Sequence record: DRR723986_585
DNA length: 64,000 nucleotides
Strand: one strand, 5' to 3'
The position numbers were made by a program, and so were the translations under genes. The first letter of the stretch is position 1, and each line of letters begins with the position of its first letter. The notes under the pieces were generated by a model. It was not told the DNA's origin. It searched no databases and saw nothing but the letters and a program-made list of their open reading frames with translations. This document shows positions 1-10,276 of this stretch, one piece after another.

Positions 1-1491
1 ATAAAAATCTCCGCTTACAACATCTTTCGGCATAAATAGTACGAATCCATTGTTTAATGATTCATTCAAAACATCTGTTGTAGGTAAAATGGCATTTTGT
101 ATTCGCTTTGCATAGTTTATTGAATCTGAAATTTCTTGATGTGTTTTAGCTAATGTAGCATGTTGTAATTCGATTTCTTTTTTTTGATTTTCAACTTGGG
201 ACTTTTGTTCGTTAATTTTTTTGTTATCCTTTTTCTTAATTAAGAAGCTTCTAACCGCAATCACTAATATGATAAAAACTAGGATTAAACCGTATTTAAA
301 AGCTGAAGCCTGTGTTTTCTCTTGTTTCAACTCAGCCTGCTGGATTTCTCGTTCTTTGGAAAATTCAATACTATCTTTCAGGGCTTCTTTTTGATATTCA
401 TATTGCATACTTTTTTTGTATGCTTTGTTAGCGTTTTGTTCATTCCTGATTTTGTCTCTCATTTCTATGTAGCTGTCAGAATAAAACAGTGCCTTTTCAA
501 AATCACCCTCATGGCGATATATTGTGACTAGGGTTTTCGCTGAATTCTCAATATCAACAGGAAAATCAAGACTTTCGGCGAGTTGATAGCTCTCAATAGC
601 GTAGGTTTTGGCTCGGTCAAATTCCCCCATTTTAATGAGCACATTAGCCAAATTGTTCTTAGCAGTAGATATGCCCGGTTTAAAGCCTATTTCAGTCCAT
701 TTTTGTAATCCACGAGAATAATAATCAAAAGCTTTTCCAAGGATGTTTTCGTGCAAATAAATGTCTCCTAAATTGTCAAGTGACATAGCAATTCCACGAC
801 TATCTGAAATAGAATTACTTATCTTCAAACTTTTCTCATAGTATTCAAGCGCTTTAAACGGTTCACTTGAGTTTTCATAGATGGCGCCTATATTGTTATA
901 GGACATGGCTACTCCTTTTTCGTCCTTCAATTCAATTTTAGTTTTTAAACTTCTGTTATGATATTCAAGGGCTTTTGCGGTGTCTCCAATTATACTGTAA
1001 ATTACACCCAAATTGTTGAAAGCGGTTGAAGTGCCTTGTTTGTTGTTGATTTTCTCATAAATCAATAAGCTCTCATGGTAATGGTTTAAGGCTTCCAGTA
1101 GATTCCCTTTTTGATCATAATAAAACCCCCTATTTGAAAGTCCGCCAGCTAAAAAATACGCGAATTTTTTTCGCTCTTCTTCTTGTCGATTTTGGGTTAA
1201 TAGCTTTTGAACTTTTTTAATCGCAAAATCATTATATCTGGGCCAAATATCTCCATTCCAGCAATTGTCAACTATGTTCTCTAACATCTCAAGCTGGATG
1301 GTGTCCTCAAGCGTATTATGATAAATTGTTAAGGAGCTATCCAGTAATAATTTATCATCTTCATGGAGCAAAGAAAGGTCAATGGAATCGAGGATGTAAA
1401 AATTCTTGTCTCCAAACTGTTGACCACGTGATATTTGTGGTACGAAACTGAAAAGAATAATCCAGCAAAAGAGCAATTTTAGATTTGACAC
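1..1491 (-). CDS. TPR-repeat sensor with TM helix and SpoIIE/PP2C-type (RsbU-like) phosphatase domain; runs off the left edge of the window
   Basis: Not in the ORF track because its stop lies outside the window. Manual minus-strand translation from GTG at 1491 gives MSNLKLLFCWIILFSFVPQISRGQ... and the same frame reads DSINYAKRIQNAIL...PKDVVSGDFY at the edge, matching the neighbouring paralog. Confidence 0.85.
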   Translation of the reverse strand, partial: MSNLKLLFCWIILFSFVPQISRGQQFGDKNFYILDSIDLSLLHEDDKLLLDSSLTIYHNTLEDTIQLEMLENIVDNCWNGDIWPRYNDFAIKKVQKLLTQNRQEEERKKFAYFLAGGLSNRGFYYDQKGNLLEALNHYHESLLIYEKINNKQGTSTAFNNLGVIYSIIGDTAKALEYHNRSLKTKIELKDEKGVAMSYNNIGAIYENSSEPFKALEYYEKSLKISNSISDSRGIAMSLDNLGDIYLHENILGKAFDYYSRGLQKWTEIGFKPGISTAKNNLANVLIKMGEFDRAKTYAIESYQLAESLDFPVDIENSAKTLVTIYRHEGDFEKALFYSDSYIEMRDKIRNEQNANKAYKKSMQYEYQKEALKDSIEFSKEREIQQAELKQEKTQASAFKYGLILVFIILVIAVRSFLIKKKDNKKINEQKSQVENQKKEIELQHATLAKTHQEISDSINYAKRIQNAILPTTDVLNESLNNGFVLFMPKDVVSGDFY

Positions 1492-1530
1492 TAGAAAATG
1501 AATTTTCTTAAATATAGTGATTTGGATTCT

Positions 1531-3495
1531 TTAAACCCCTACACCGATAATACAAACATCATCCAATTGTTCTAGGTCGCCTTTCCATCTATAAAATTCA
1601 TTAAAGATTGTTTCTCCCTGAACATCCATAGGTTGTTTGGCAATTTTTAATAATAGTTTTCTGAAGTTCGAATACTTGTATTTTTTGCCGTTTTCACCTC
1701 CAAATTGATCCATCATCCCATCTGAAAACAAATAGAATTTATCTCCTGACTCCAGCGATAGCTGATGATTGGTGAAGTTTGTTGTTTTTTCAAAACTTCC
1801 TATAGGTTGCTTATCTGGAGCTATTATTTCTACATTATTCGCATTGTTTTGACGAATAATATAGAGTGGATTATTTGCTCCTGACCATTCAACCGAGTTG
1901 TCCGATTGATTCCAAGAACACAATGTGATGTCCATTCCATCCTTCACTTCTTGGTTATTCTTAGAGAAAGTTTCTACCACTAGTTCTCTGGTTTTGTCAA
2001 GGATTGCTGCGGGAGATTTAAGTCCAAACTCCTTCACTGCTCGATTCAGTGCGTTATGGCAAACTACGGACACCATAGCGCCCGGAACCCCGTGTCCAGT
2101 GCAGTCTGCAACCGCAATTAATACACAATCCTCAACTGTTTCCATCCAATAAAAGTCACCGGCTACAATGTCTTTTGGTTGATAAATCACAAAAGATTGT
2201 TTTAAATTTTGGGCTATCATATCCGGCGAAGGAATTATGGCATTTTGAATTCTTTTTGCGTATTGAATAGAATCTAAAATTTCTCTGTTCTTAATTTCAA
2301 TAATGTTTTTTTGATCTTGTAATAATTGATTCGATTTTTTCTTTTGTATGAACGCCCAGAACGCATAGATGGCAAGTAATAAGATAAATACAGAGCAGAA
2401 AACAACAATATAAAGTATGGTTCTGTTCTTTTTGTTTTCAATGCTCTGAAGATTTTTCTCGGTGTTCAGAAGTACGATTTCCTTTTCTTTTTCGGCTGTC
2501 TCGTATTGGGTATTTAGTTCTTCAACAATTTCAAGCTTGTTTTGAGTCGTTAAACTGTCTTTCAGTTCCAAATGAGTTTTAAGAATTTCAAAAGCTTCTT
2601 TGTGCAGGTTAGCTTCGGCGTAGTAGTTTGCTAAATAGAACAGGGCATTGCTAATATTACTTTGTGCGTCAATTTCTTTCATTAGCAGTATGCCATCTTC
2701 CGCATATTTAATGGCCTTGGAGTAATTCCCTTCATCCGCCAGCCATTCCGATTCCATTAACAAAATTTCAGCTTTAAAATATTTACTGTCAATTTTTTCA
2801 GCGGCCATTTTTGCCTGATGCATTAATGAATCCCTTAATTCATTTTTACCTAAAGAATTGGCATAACTAGACGAATTAGCAAGACTGATGCAATAGGCGT
2901 CCATTCTTTTCAATGCGTCAAACATTTCGGCTGCTTTAAGTGAGTAGGTGAGTGCCTCTTTAAATTCTCCAACTTCTGAATATGCTATCCCTAGTCCAAC
3001 TAAAGGGACAGCAATATGTGCCGTATCGAGGGTTTTTACAGCGTAATCATAAGAAAGCTGATAATATTTTTTACACTTATCGATATCCTCTAGATCAAGG
3101 TAAGCGTTGCCTATTGTGTTATAAGTTGTGGAAATTTCATTTACTGAATCAACACTTTGGTAAAGTTGCACGGCTCCAAATAGAATTTCAAGAGCATCTT
3201 TTGTTTGTCCCATACCAGTCAGAATAGAGCCTTTTAATTCGTATCCGTGGGCAAGGTTAATAAGATGGTTATCAGCAGATGCTAGAGATATTGATTTATT
3301 CACGTAGCACAATGCAGAGTCATTGTCGACATTTCGGTATTTAGAGGCTATTTTCAAAGCCTCTACGGTTTTGTCTGAAAGATTTTTTGCGGTTTGGAAT
3401 TCAGTTTTAATGCTGTCTATGTTCTTTTGAGCATAGAGATTAAAACTGACTAAGTTTAAAATAATAAAAACGCAAAGCAAACTGCATTTCATCAT
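1531..3495 (-). CDS. TPR-repeat sensor with TM helix and SpoIIE/PP2C phosphatase
   Basis: Signal peptide, TPR-like helices, TM segment (ILYIVVFCSVFILLLAIYAFWAF), then SIQYAKRIQ, GDFYW, ADCTGHGVPGA, DGMD, FSDG and DDVC PP2C motifs. Confidence 0.9.
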   Translation of the reverse strand: MMKCSLLCVFIILNLVSFNLYAQKNIDSIKTEFQTAKNLSDKTVEALKIASKYRNVDNDSALCYVNKSISLASADNHLINLAHGYELKGSILTGMGQTKDALEILFGAVQLYQSVDSVNEISTTYNTIGNAYLDLEDIDKCKKYYQLSYDYAVKTLDTAHIAVPLVGLGIAYSEVGEFKEALTYSLKAAEMFDALKRMDAYCISLANSSSYANSLGKNELRDSLMHQAKMAAEKIDSKYFKAEILLMESEWLADEGNYSKAIKYAEDGILLMKEIDAQSNISNALFYLANYYAEANLHKEAFEILKTHLELKDSLTTQNKLEIVEELNTQYETAEKEKEIVLLNTEKNLQSIENKKNRTILYIVVFCSVFILLLAIYAFWAFIQKKKSNQLLQDQKNIIEIKNREILDSIQYAKRIQNAIIPSPDMIAQNLKQSFVIYQPKDIVAGDFYWMETVEDCVLIAVADCTGHGVPGAMVSVVCHNALNRAVKEFGLKSPAAILDKTRELVVETFSKNNQEVKDGMDITLCSWNQSDNSVEWSGANNPLYIIRQNNANNVEIIAPDKQPIGSFEKTTNFTNHQLSLESGDKFYLFSDGMMDQFGGENGKKYKYSNFRKLLLKIAKQPMDVQGETIFNEFYRWKGDLEQLDDVCIIGVGV

Positions 3496-4133
3496 TGGAT
3501 TTGGGCTTTTTTGGTGTAGCTAAATTTACCAAAAATCCAGTAAACAATAAAAAAGACTGAAACTCCTATGATTGAGCCGGTTACTACATCTTCGGTGAAA
3601 TGTTGTGATAGATGAACTCGAGAATAGGCCGCTAATATTCCGCCAAACGCACAAAATATTTGTACATAACGATACTTTCTAAAAACAAACGCGAGAAAAA
3701 TAAACAAGGCAAAGGAAGCTGTACTATGTCCTGAAGGAAAAGAATGAGAGCCATGCATTTTTACCCCTTCAATTAAGTTAAGTTGATCTTCACCAAAATA
3801 AGCTACTGGTCTGCGCTCTGAAGCAAAAACTAATCTTTTTAATAATTGAGTAAATAATCCTGAAAGCGCAAAGGAAATTAAGCCGAGAAGTGCTGTTGCA
3901 ATTTTTTCTTTACTGAATAAAGATGCCAAAACAATGACAATAGCTACAGTTAAACCATCACCAACATGCGTAAAGTATTTGAAAAAAGTATCGGCAGATC
4001 CACCAACCAGCTCGTTAAATGCAAGATGCAAAGGCACTTTATCAGTAATTAACACCAAGATTAATCCTGTAAAAATGAATAATAAACTGACTGCCATAAA
4101 TGGCAGGATGGCGCGGAGTAATTTCACAATCAA
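3492..4133 (-). CDS. PAP2-family membrane phosphatase
   Basis: K..RP, SFPSGH and SRVHLSQHF motifs; multiple TM segments. Confidence 0.9.
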   Translation of the reverse strand: MIVKLLRAILPFMAVSLLFIFTGLILVLITDKVPLHLAFNELVGGSADTFFKYFTHVGDGLTVAIVIVLASLFSKEKIATALLGLISFALSGLFTQLLKRLVFASERRPVAYFGEDQLNLIEGVKMHGSHSFPSGHSTASFALFIFLAFVFRKYRYVQIFCAFGGILAAYSRVHLSQHFTEDVVTGSIIGVSVFFIVYWIFGKFSYTKKAQIQ

Positions 4134-5773
4134 GTTTGTAAAGCTCCTACGTTATAACGTTCTGTAGCTTTTTTATGATTGGCCATTTCAATACCCATAG
4201 ATACTACCTTTCTAGTATCTAAAGGATCAATTATTGCATCCACCCAAATTCTTGAAGCAGCATAATAAGGTGAAATTTGCTCATCATATCTGGCTTTGAT
4301 TCTATCGTACAATTCTTTTTGTTTAGCCTCATCAACTTCCTCACCTTTTTTCTTCAGTGAACCAACTTCAATTTGAGTCAAGGTTTTCGCAGCTGAAGCA
4401 CCTGACATTACTGCTAATTCTGCAGTAGGCCAGGAAACGATTAATCTAGGATCATAAGCCTTGCCGCACATGGCATAATTACCTGCTCCGTAAGAATTAC
4501 CCATTACAATGGTGAATTTTGGAACAACCGAATTTGACATGGCATTCACCAATTTCGCTCCATCTTTTATGATTCCGGCATGTTCTGATTTAGAACCAAC
4601 CATAAATCCACTCACGTCTTGCAAAAAGACAAGCGGAATGTTTTTTTGATTACAAACCATAATGAATCGAGCAGCTTTATCTGCAGAGTCTGTATAGATG
4701 ACCCCACCAAATTGCATTTCGCCCTTCGCATTTTTGACCACCTCTCTCTGGTTAGCGATTATTCCAACGCTCCATCCGTCAATTCTGGCGTAGCCTGTGA
4801 GAATGGTCTGTCCGTAATCAGCTTTATATTCAGTGAATTCAGAATCATCTACCAAACGCTCAATAATGTCTTTCATATTATAAGGCTTGGCTCTTTCTCT
4901 TGGGAATAATCCGTAAATCTCTTTTTCATCTTTCTTAGGCGCTTTACTTTCCTTACGATCAAAACCTGCGTTTTCAGCTGCACCAATTTTATCCATTAAG
5001 TTTCGGATGGTATTGAGACAATCTTCATCATCTTTAGATTTGTAGTCACAAACGCCGCTGATGGCAGTGTGCGTAGTCGCTCCACCTAAAGTTTCGTTAT
5101 CTATTGTTTCTCCTATAGCCGCTTTAACAAGATATGATCCTGCTAAAAAGATGGTTCCTGTTTTGTCTACTATCAATGATTCATCAGACATGATTGGTAA
5201 ATAAGCACCACCTGCAACACAGCTGCCCATTACTGCTGCAATTTGCGTTATTCCTTTAGATGACATGACCGCATTGTTTCTGAAAATTCTTCCAAAATGC
5301 TCCTTGTCCGGGAAGATTTCATCTTGCATAGGTAAATATACGCCGGCACTATCTACCAAATAAATTATTGGTAAATGGTTGTCCATTGCAATTTCCTGTG
5401 CTCTTAAATTTTTCTTACCTGTAATGGGGAACCAAGCGCCCGCTTTTACTGTGGCATCATTGGCAACAATAATGCATTGTCGGCCGCTAACATATCCTAT
5501 TTTAATAACTACTCCACCTGAAGGACATCCACCATGCTCTTTGTACATTCCTTCTCCAGCAAATGCACCAATTTCTATGGTTTCTGTATCAGGATCGATT
5601 AATTTCTCAATTCTCTCTCTTGCAGTTAATTTGCCTTTAGCGTGGTGTTTTTCAATACGCTTTTTTCCACCACCTTCGTATATCTTTTCAAGCTTTTGTT
5701 CCATTGCTGAAACCAGCATTTTGATGGAGTCTTCGTTCTTATTAAATTCTAATTCGGATGCTTTTACAGCCAT
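4130..5773 (-). CDS. acyl-CoA carboxylase carboxyltransferase (beta) subunit, methylcrotonyl-CoA carboxylase-like
   Basis: GKLTARERI, ANDATVKAG, GSCVAGGAY and GNSYGAGNYAMCG motifs. Confidence 0.9.
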   Translation of the reverse strand: MAVKASELEFNKNEDSIKMLVSAMEQKLEKIYEGGGKKRIEKHHAKGKLTARERIEKLIDPDTETIEIGAFAGEGMYKEHGGCPSGGVVIKIGYVSGRQCIIVANDATVKAGAWFPITGKKNLRAQEIAMDNHLPIIYLVDSAGVYLPMQDEIFPDKEHFGRIFRNNAVMSSKGITQIAAVMGSCVAGGAYLPIMSDESLIVDKTGTIFLAGSYLVKAAIGETIDNETLGGATTHTAISGVCDYKSKDDEDCLNTIRNLMDKIGAAENAGFDRKESKAPKKDEKEIYGLFPRERAKPYNMKDIIERLVDDSEFTEYKADYGQTILTGYARIDGWSVGIIANQREVVKNAKGEMQFGGVIYTDSADKAARFIMVCNQKNIPLVFLQDVSGFMVGSKSEHAGIIKDGAKLVNAMSNSVVPKFTIVMGNSYGAGNYAMCGKAYDPRLIVSWPTAELAVMSGASAAKTLTQIEVGSLKKKGEEVDEAKQKELYDRIKARYDEQISPYYAASRIWVDAIIDPLDTRKVVSMGIEMANHKKATERYNVGALQT

Positions 5774-5859
5774 ATCTTTTTATTTATTCTAGAACATCAA
5801 ATATACTAGTTTGTTCATAGATTAATCGTCTGCTTGAGATATAATTTTTAAATTCGATT

Positions 5860-6297
5860 ATGGACATCAATCGATTCAATCTACGAGTTTATGGTTTGCT
5901 CATTCACCAGCAACGAGTATTGGTTACACATGAGAACAGAGGGGGCTTGCTGATGACGAAGTTCCCAGGAGGTGGACTTGAATTCGGGGAAGGATTAAAG
6001 GAATGTGTTGAAAGAGAGTTTAGTGAGGAACTTGCTATTAGTGCAAAGGCCACTGATCTATTTTATATAAACGATTTTTTACAGATCTCTAAATTCAAAA
6101 GGTCGGATCAACTGCTGTCGTTTTATTATTTGATAGAAACCAGTGAAATTGAGAAGATCGATATTAATAAGTTTGATCCTCAGTTAGCGTTAGAAGAGCA
6201 AATTTTTGAATGGCTAAGTATTGTAAATCTTGATCCAGAAAAATTTACTTTTCCTATAGATAGGGTAGTTGCGAGTAAATTATTGCAAAACTACTAA
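5860..6297 (+). CDS. NUDIX hydrolase
   Basis: Nudix box FPGGGLEFGEGLKECVEREFSEE. Confidence 0.9.
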   Translation: MDINRFNLRVYGLLIHQQRVLVTHENRGGLLMTKFPGGGLEFGEGLKECVEREFSEELAISAKATDLFYINDFLQISKFKRSDQLLSFYYLIETSEIEKIDINKFDPQLALEEQIFEWLSIVNLDPEKFTFPIDRVVASKLLQNY

Positions 6298-7013
6298 TCT
6301 AAAACATCATCAGACTGAGAAATTTCAAAGGTTGAGTCTGCATCCTTAGAATTCCACCTTTCTAAAAAGGCATCTTGGTCGATTTGCGACTCTTTGATTA
6401 TTTTAACTATAAACAAGATGCTGACGATTGAAAGTATATTGGCTACAATTGAGAGAATGGTAATCATTTTTAAATCGCTCATGCCTGGATTGTCTCTCAT
6501 TAACTGATAGTTCACGAACCCAAGGATGTTTGATCCCACCCAACATGCCCACCAAATACCCAAAGTCATCATAGGTCTTTGAGTAACGTTGTGATCTCCT
6601 AACTCTTCATCATTGCTTGATTGACCATATTCTCTGGTTTTTATCCAAATGTCTTGCATGATTTGAAAAGGAATAAACCAGCTAGCTATTGGGATAAACC
6701 ATCCTCCAGCGGCCCAACCTTCAGACATTTTTAAGTTTTTTACTTTGGCTTTGTGCAAATTGTGGTAGGCACGTCTGAACCATTGAATAAATGTGATGAT
6801 TACCGCAATCTGTGCCGCTATCACTATGAAAGAGGCAACGAGCTGTCTTTGGTCATTGGCTTTTGCTCCTGCTAAGATTTGAAAAAAACCTTCGTTTAAA
6901 AACTGGTATTGCATTACATTTGAAATGAGCAAAATAGCCACAGCCGCCAACATAATGTAAAAACAAATAATGGTTGTTTTGGATCGTTGAAAATTATCTA
7001 ATACCTTATTCAT
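6294..7013 (-). CDS. DUF4328-like membrane protein
   Basis: WFRRAYHNL, GWAAGGWFIP and WWACW pattern; four TM segments. Confidence 0.75.
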   Translation of the reverse strand: MNKVLDNFQRSKTTIICFYIMLAAVAILLISNVMQYQFLNEGFFQILAGAKANDQRQLVASFIVIAAQIAVIITFIQWFRRAYHNLHKAKVKNLKMSEGWAAGGWFIPIASWFIPFQIMQDIWIKTREYGQSSNDEELGDHNVTQRPMMTLGIWWACWVGSNILGFVNYQLMRDNPGMSDLKMITILSIVANILSIVSILFIVKIIKESQIDQDAFLERWNSKDADSTFEISQSDDVLD

Positions 7014-7056
7014 AAAATGGGATTTGAGTCAGGGTAAAGTTAATAAAATTAAGAGT

Positions 7057-7632
7057 TTAAATTCCTAGTCTTTTCAATACATATTTTTCAATGCTCGTAT
7101 AGAATTGAACCGGCGTCATAGTGCGCCAACCAAAGTCTGCAAGCTCTCCTCCAAGTACAAAATATTGGTCCAATCCTCCTGATTTCATTTCATCTAAAAC
7201 ATGCTCTCTTAGATTCAACATGGCTATCCAGCCACCTTCATCATCCAATTCATCAAACCATTCTTCGTAATACTCATCTCCATCTTCATGAAAGTTTAGT
7301 AAGTTCTCAGCAATTAAAATGAATTTAGTGATACCAGCTTCCATTAATACTTCGGCAATATCCCTTTTGAAAATCATGATGTCATTCTGAACGGCATCAT
7401 TCCATTCTCCTAGTAATTCTATCACACAATACTGTTCATCATAATCTGCGAACAGAATTTTTATAAATAGAGTTGGAGAGCCTATGTTATCCCATTGGGG
7501 ATGAATGAGGTAATTGTAAATAGAGTCAGTGAATTCAAACTCACTGTATATTCTTTCATAGAAAGGGCTTTGGATATCTTCAGATGCAATATAAAATCCT
7601 CTCCAGTTGTAATATGGCTCAATCATGTGCAC
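7057..7632 (-). CDS. conserved Bacteroidota hypothetical protein
   Basis: HMIEPYYNW...IYNYLIHPQWD...GEWND pattern; start moved to GTG at 7632, just downstream of a TATCTTTG promoter element. Confidence 0.7.
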   Translation of the reverse strand: MHMIEPYYNWRGFYIASEDIQSPFYERIYSEFEFTDSIYNYLIHPQWDNIGSPTLFIKILFADYDEQYCVIELLGEWNDAVQNDIMIFKRDIAEVLMEAGITKFILIAENLLNFHEDGDEYYEEWFDELDDEGGWIAMLNLREHVLDEMKSGGLDQYFVLGGELADFGWRTMTPVQFYTSIEKYVLKRLGI

Positions 7633-7715
7633 GGCGCAAAGATAATTTGCTTTTCGGTCTGCGCAAAGAAATTTAATTAACTTTGTTTCGATCAAAAAAA
7701 CAATTCAATTAAGAG

Positions 7716-9449
7716 ATGAAAAATTTCGGTAAAATACTCGTAGTAAGTGCCTTGTCAATAGTGTTGATAGGTTGTGGTTCAGGAAGAACAAGAGAGCAGA
7801 AAGTATCTGCCATGATGAATAAAATAGATTCACCATTTTTTGTAGCAAATACGAATTTGCAAAACTTGATGGATAAGTCGGAAGTGATGAAGGAAGGAAC
7901 TATTCCTTTTACTTATTATCAAGTATTGACTTTCTTTCTCGCGGTTGAATTAACCGGAATTGATTATTCAACAGATGTGCAGTTGATCGTTGGTGAAGGA
8001 GAATCTTTTGTGCCTAATTTTTACGGAATTTTTAAAGTAGAGAATGAAGAGCTGTTTAAAGAATTATTAGAAACAGAGGCAAATGCAGACATCAAAGAAA
8101 AAGATGGAATGCAATATGTGATTAAAGATAAAGAACAGTACTGTTTAGTTTGGGATAAAGAATTTGCAATAATCTCAAGTATTCCAATGGATTTTGCTGC
8201 AATGATCAGCGGAAACGGTGGTAAGCAAGGTCAAAAAATGATTGACAGAAATATCGAAGTGATAAAAGCTGCTGAAGATGGCGAAGTAGATGATGATTGG
8301 GTAGATTTTTTAACTAACGAATCAGATATTTCATTGCATTATGACGGAGAAGGATTCTATAGTTACATGGAAACTATGGCTATGGATGATAAAGAGGATA
8401 TGGAGAAAATGAAAGAGATGTATGAAGGGATGGGCTACGATATGTTTATCAATTTCGATAAAGGAGCGGTGAATATGGAGTTGGTGGCTGACTTATCTGA
8501 TGGATTGATAGAAAAATTGAACTTCATTGGGAAAGATGGAGTAGATGCTAAACTGCTGAATTATGGTAAATCAGAGAACCCTTTAATGAGCGGTACTTAT
8601 AAAGTTCAAATAGGTGGGTTGATGGATTATTTTGAAGATTTGTCGAAAGATGATTATGAAAAAATGATTGAAGAAGTTGCTGAAATTGGGCTACAAATGG
8701 AAGATATCGAAGAGGCTCTAAGCGGAGATATGGTTTATATGGTAGATGATATTAGCGAAAAGACAGAGGAAATTGATTTCGGTTATGATGCACCTATAAA
8801 AGTTGATAGATCAGAACCAAACTTTGCTTTTGTATTAGGGGTTTCTGATATGGATTATATTCAAAACACCTTCCAAGAAATGTTGGCGGGAGCAGCTGAA
8901 GGATCATCTGAAGAAATGCAAGATTTTCAAAAAGATTTAGAAAAGATAGAAATGCTACCAAATGGCTTAATGAAAATGGGAGATGCTTTAGTTTTTATGG
9001 GGGCTGACTTTATTTTTGCTTCTAATGATTCTACATGGGCGAATATGGTTGCTGCTGGTACATCAGTTAAAATTAACAACCCTGACGGTGTCCTAAACGA
9101 AAAGCCGTTTGGAATGTATGCTAATTTTGAGAGATTGTTAGGTTTAGAATCAATGAAAGATGGAGAAGATTATATTAAAATGTTAGAGTCTTTCAGTGCT
9201 TCAGCTAATCTTTCTGGTGGAAACATCAGTATTAAATTGACTGATGCGTCTCAAAATTCTTTGAAAGTTTTAACACAAACAATAGGTTCTGTATTAGCTG
9301 AGTTTGAAAAAGAATCTAACCCTTCTATGGAACAAGAGCTTGAAGAAGCTGTAATTGAAACCGAAGATGCCTTCAATAAATTAAATGACGAAGATTTAAA
9401 AGAAATTGAAGACGCAGTAAATGATGCGTTTGACGATTTGAATGAATAG
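7716..9449 (+). CDS. acidic lipoprotein (DUF4836-like)
   Basis: Lipobox LIGC at Cys19; 577-aa ORF; family assignment tentative. Confidence 0.6.
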   Translation: MKNFGKILVVSALSIVLIGCGSGRTREQKVSAMMNKIDSPFFVANTNLQNLMDKSEVMKEGTIPFTYYQVLTFFLAVELTGIDYSTDVQLIVGEGESFVPNFYGIFKVENEELFKELLETEANADIKEKDGMQYVIKDKEQYCLVWDKEFAIISSIPMDFAAMISGNGGKQGQKMIDRNIEVIKAAEDGEVDDDWVDFLTNESDISLHYDGEGFYSYMETMAMDDKEDMEKMKEMYEGMGYDMFINFDKGAVNMELVADLSDGLIEKLNFIGKDGVDAKLLNYGKSENPLMSGTYKVQIGGLMDYFEDLSKDDYEKMIEEVAEIGLQMEDIEEALSGDMVYMVDDISEKTEEIDFGYDAPIKVDRSEPNFAFVLGVSDMDYIQNTFQEMLAGAAEGSSEEMQDFQKDLEKIEMLPNGLMKMGDALVFMGADFIFASNDSTWANMVAAGTSVKINNPDGVLNEKPFGMYANFERLLGLESMKDGEDYIKMLESFSASANLSGGNISIKLTDASQNSLKVLTQTIGSVLAEFEKESNPSMEQELEEAVIETEDAFNKLNDEDLKEIEDAVNDAFDDLNE

Positions 9450-9463
9450 AGAAATTATTTAAC

Positions 9464-9503
9464 AAAAAAATCCGTCTCGGCTTAGCTGAGACGGATTTTT
9501 TTT
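9464..9503. terminator. bidirectional intrinsic terminator
   Basis: A7-TCCGTCTCGGC-TTA-GCTGAGACGGA-T8 between convergent genes. Confidence 0.85.
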
Positions 9504-9546
9504 ATGAAAAAAACACCCAAATTTTCCTACGATTTGGGCTTACCCA

Positions 9547-9999
9547 CTATGAAATTTTTATTTGTTTAATGATCTCTTTATCCATTGCCTTTTTGTTTTT
9601 AGGAATGTGAATCATTAATATGCCGTTTTGATATTTAGCGGAAATTTTGTTTTCCTCTATATCTTCTGCAAGTGTAAAAACTCTTCTGAACGATCTTTTA
9701 GAATACTCTCTGTGCGAATAGTTTGACTTGTTTTCTTCTTGTTCTTCCGTTTTTTCGGCAGAAATAGTCAGTTCAGAATTTTGAAGTTCAATTTTGAAAT
9801 CCGATTTCGTCCATCCAGGAACAGAAAGGTGGATTTCATAAGAATCTTCATTTTTTACAATGTTCGCTTTTGGTAAATGATAATTCATTTTGTTAGAGAA
9901 GGTCAATCCTTTTTCAGGGAATCCAACAATCTCGTTAAATAAGTCTTCAAATCCATTTGATAAACCAATAGGCTCTTTTTTTAATTTTTGTAGTAACAT
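9547..9999 (-). CDS. Hsp20/alpha-crystallin small heat-shock protein
   Basis: PKANI, VPG, REY...SFRRVFTL and AKYQNGILMIHIPK motifs. Confidence 0.93.
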   Translation of the reverse strand: MLLQKLKKEPIGLSNGFEDLFNEIVGFPEKGLTFSNKMNYHLPKANIVKNEDSYEIHLSVPGWTKSDFKIELQNSELTISAEKTEEQEENKSNYSHREYSKRSFRRVFTLAEDIEENKISAKYQNGILMIHIPKNKKAMDKEIIKQIKIS

Positions 10000-10060
10000 A
10001 ATTCTATTTTTTTGTGCTCATCTGAGCGGTTATTAATTTTTTATTTCTGATTTTTCTAGG

Positions 10061-10076
10061 TCAAATTGAATACCAA
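10061..10076 (-). promoter_or_regulatory. possible sigma54-type -24/-12 promoter of hsp20
   Basis: Minus strand reads TTGGTAT-tcaat-TTGA, resembling TGGCAC-N5-TTGC. Confidence 0.4.
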
Positions 10077-10276
10077 ATCGATTTTTGAGTAGAGATCATG
10101 TCAATACGACAGTTTTAAATTAAATTGAATGTCATTTTGTCGGGTGTCGAGATTTAGACCTGAAAAACAGGCAGATTTTCTATGTAATCCTAGTTTTTTT
10201 GAAAAGTGGTGTAAAAAATAGGGGGTATGTTGATAAAAAAGTATGGTTTTTATAAAACTACCCCCTAAATAATCAA

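Noticed and set aside
322-531. 69-aa plus-strand ORF
   Set aside because: Antisense shadow of the minus-strand TPR-SpoIIE gene (1-1491).
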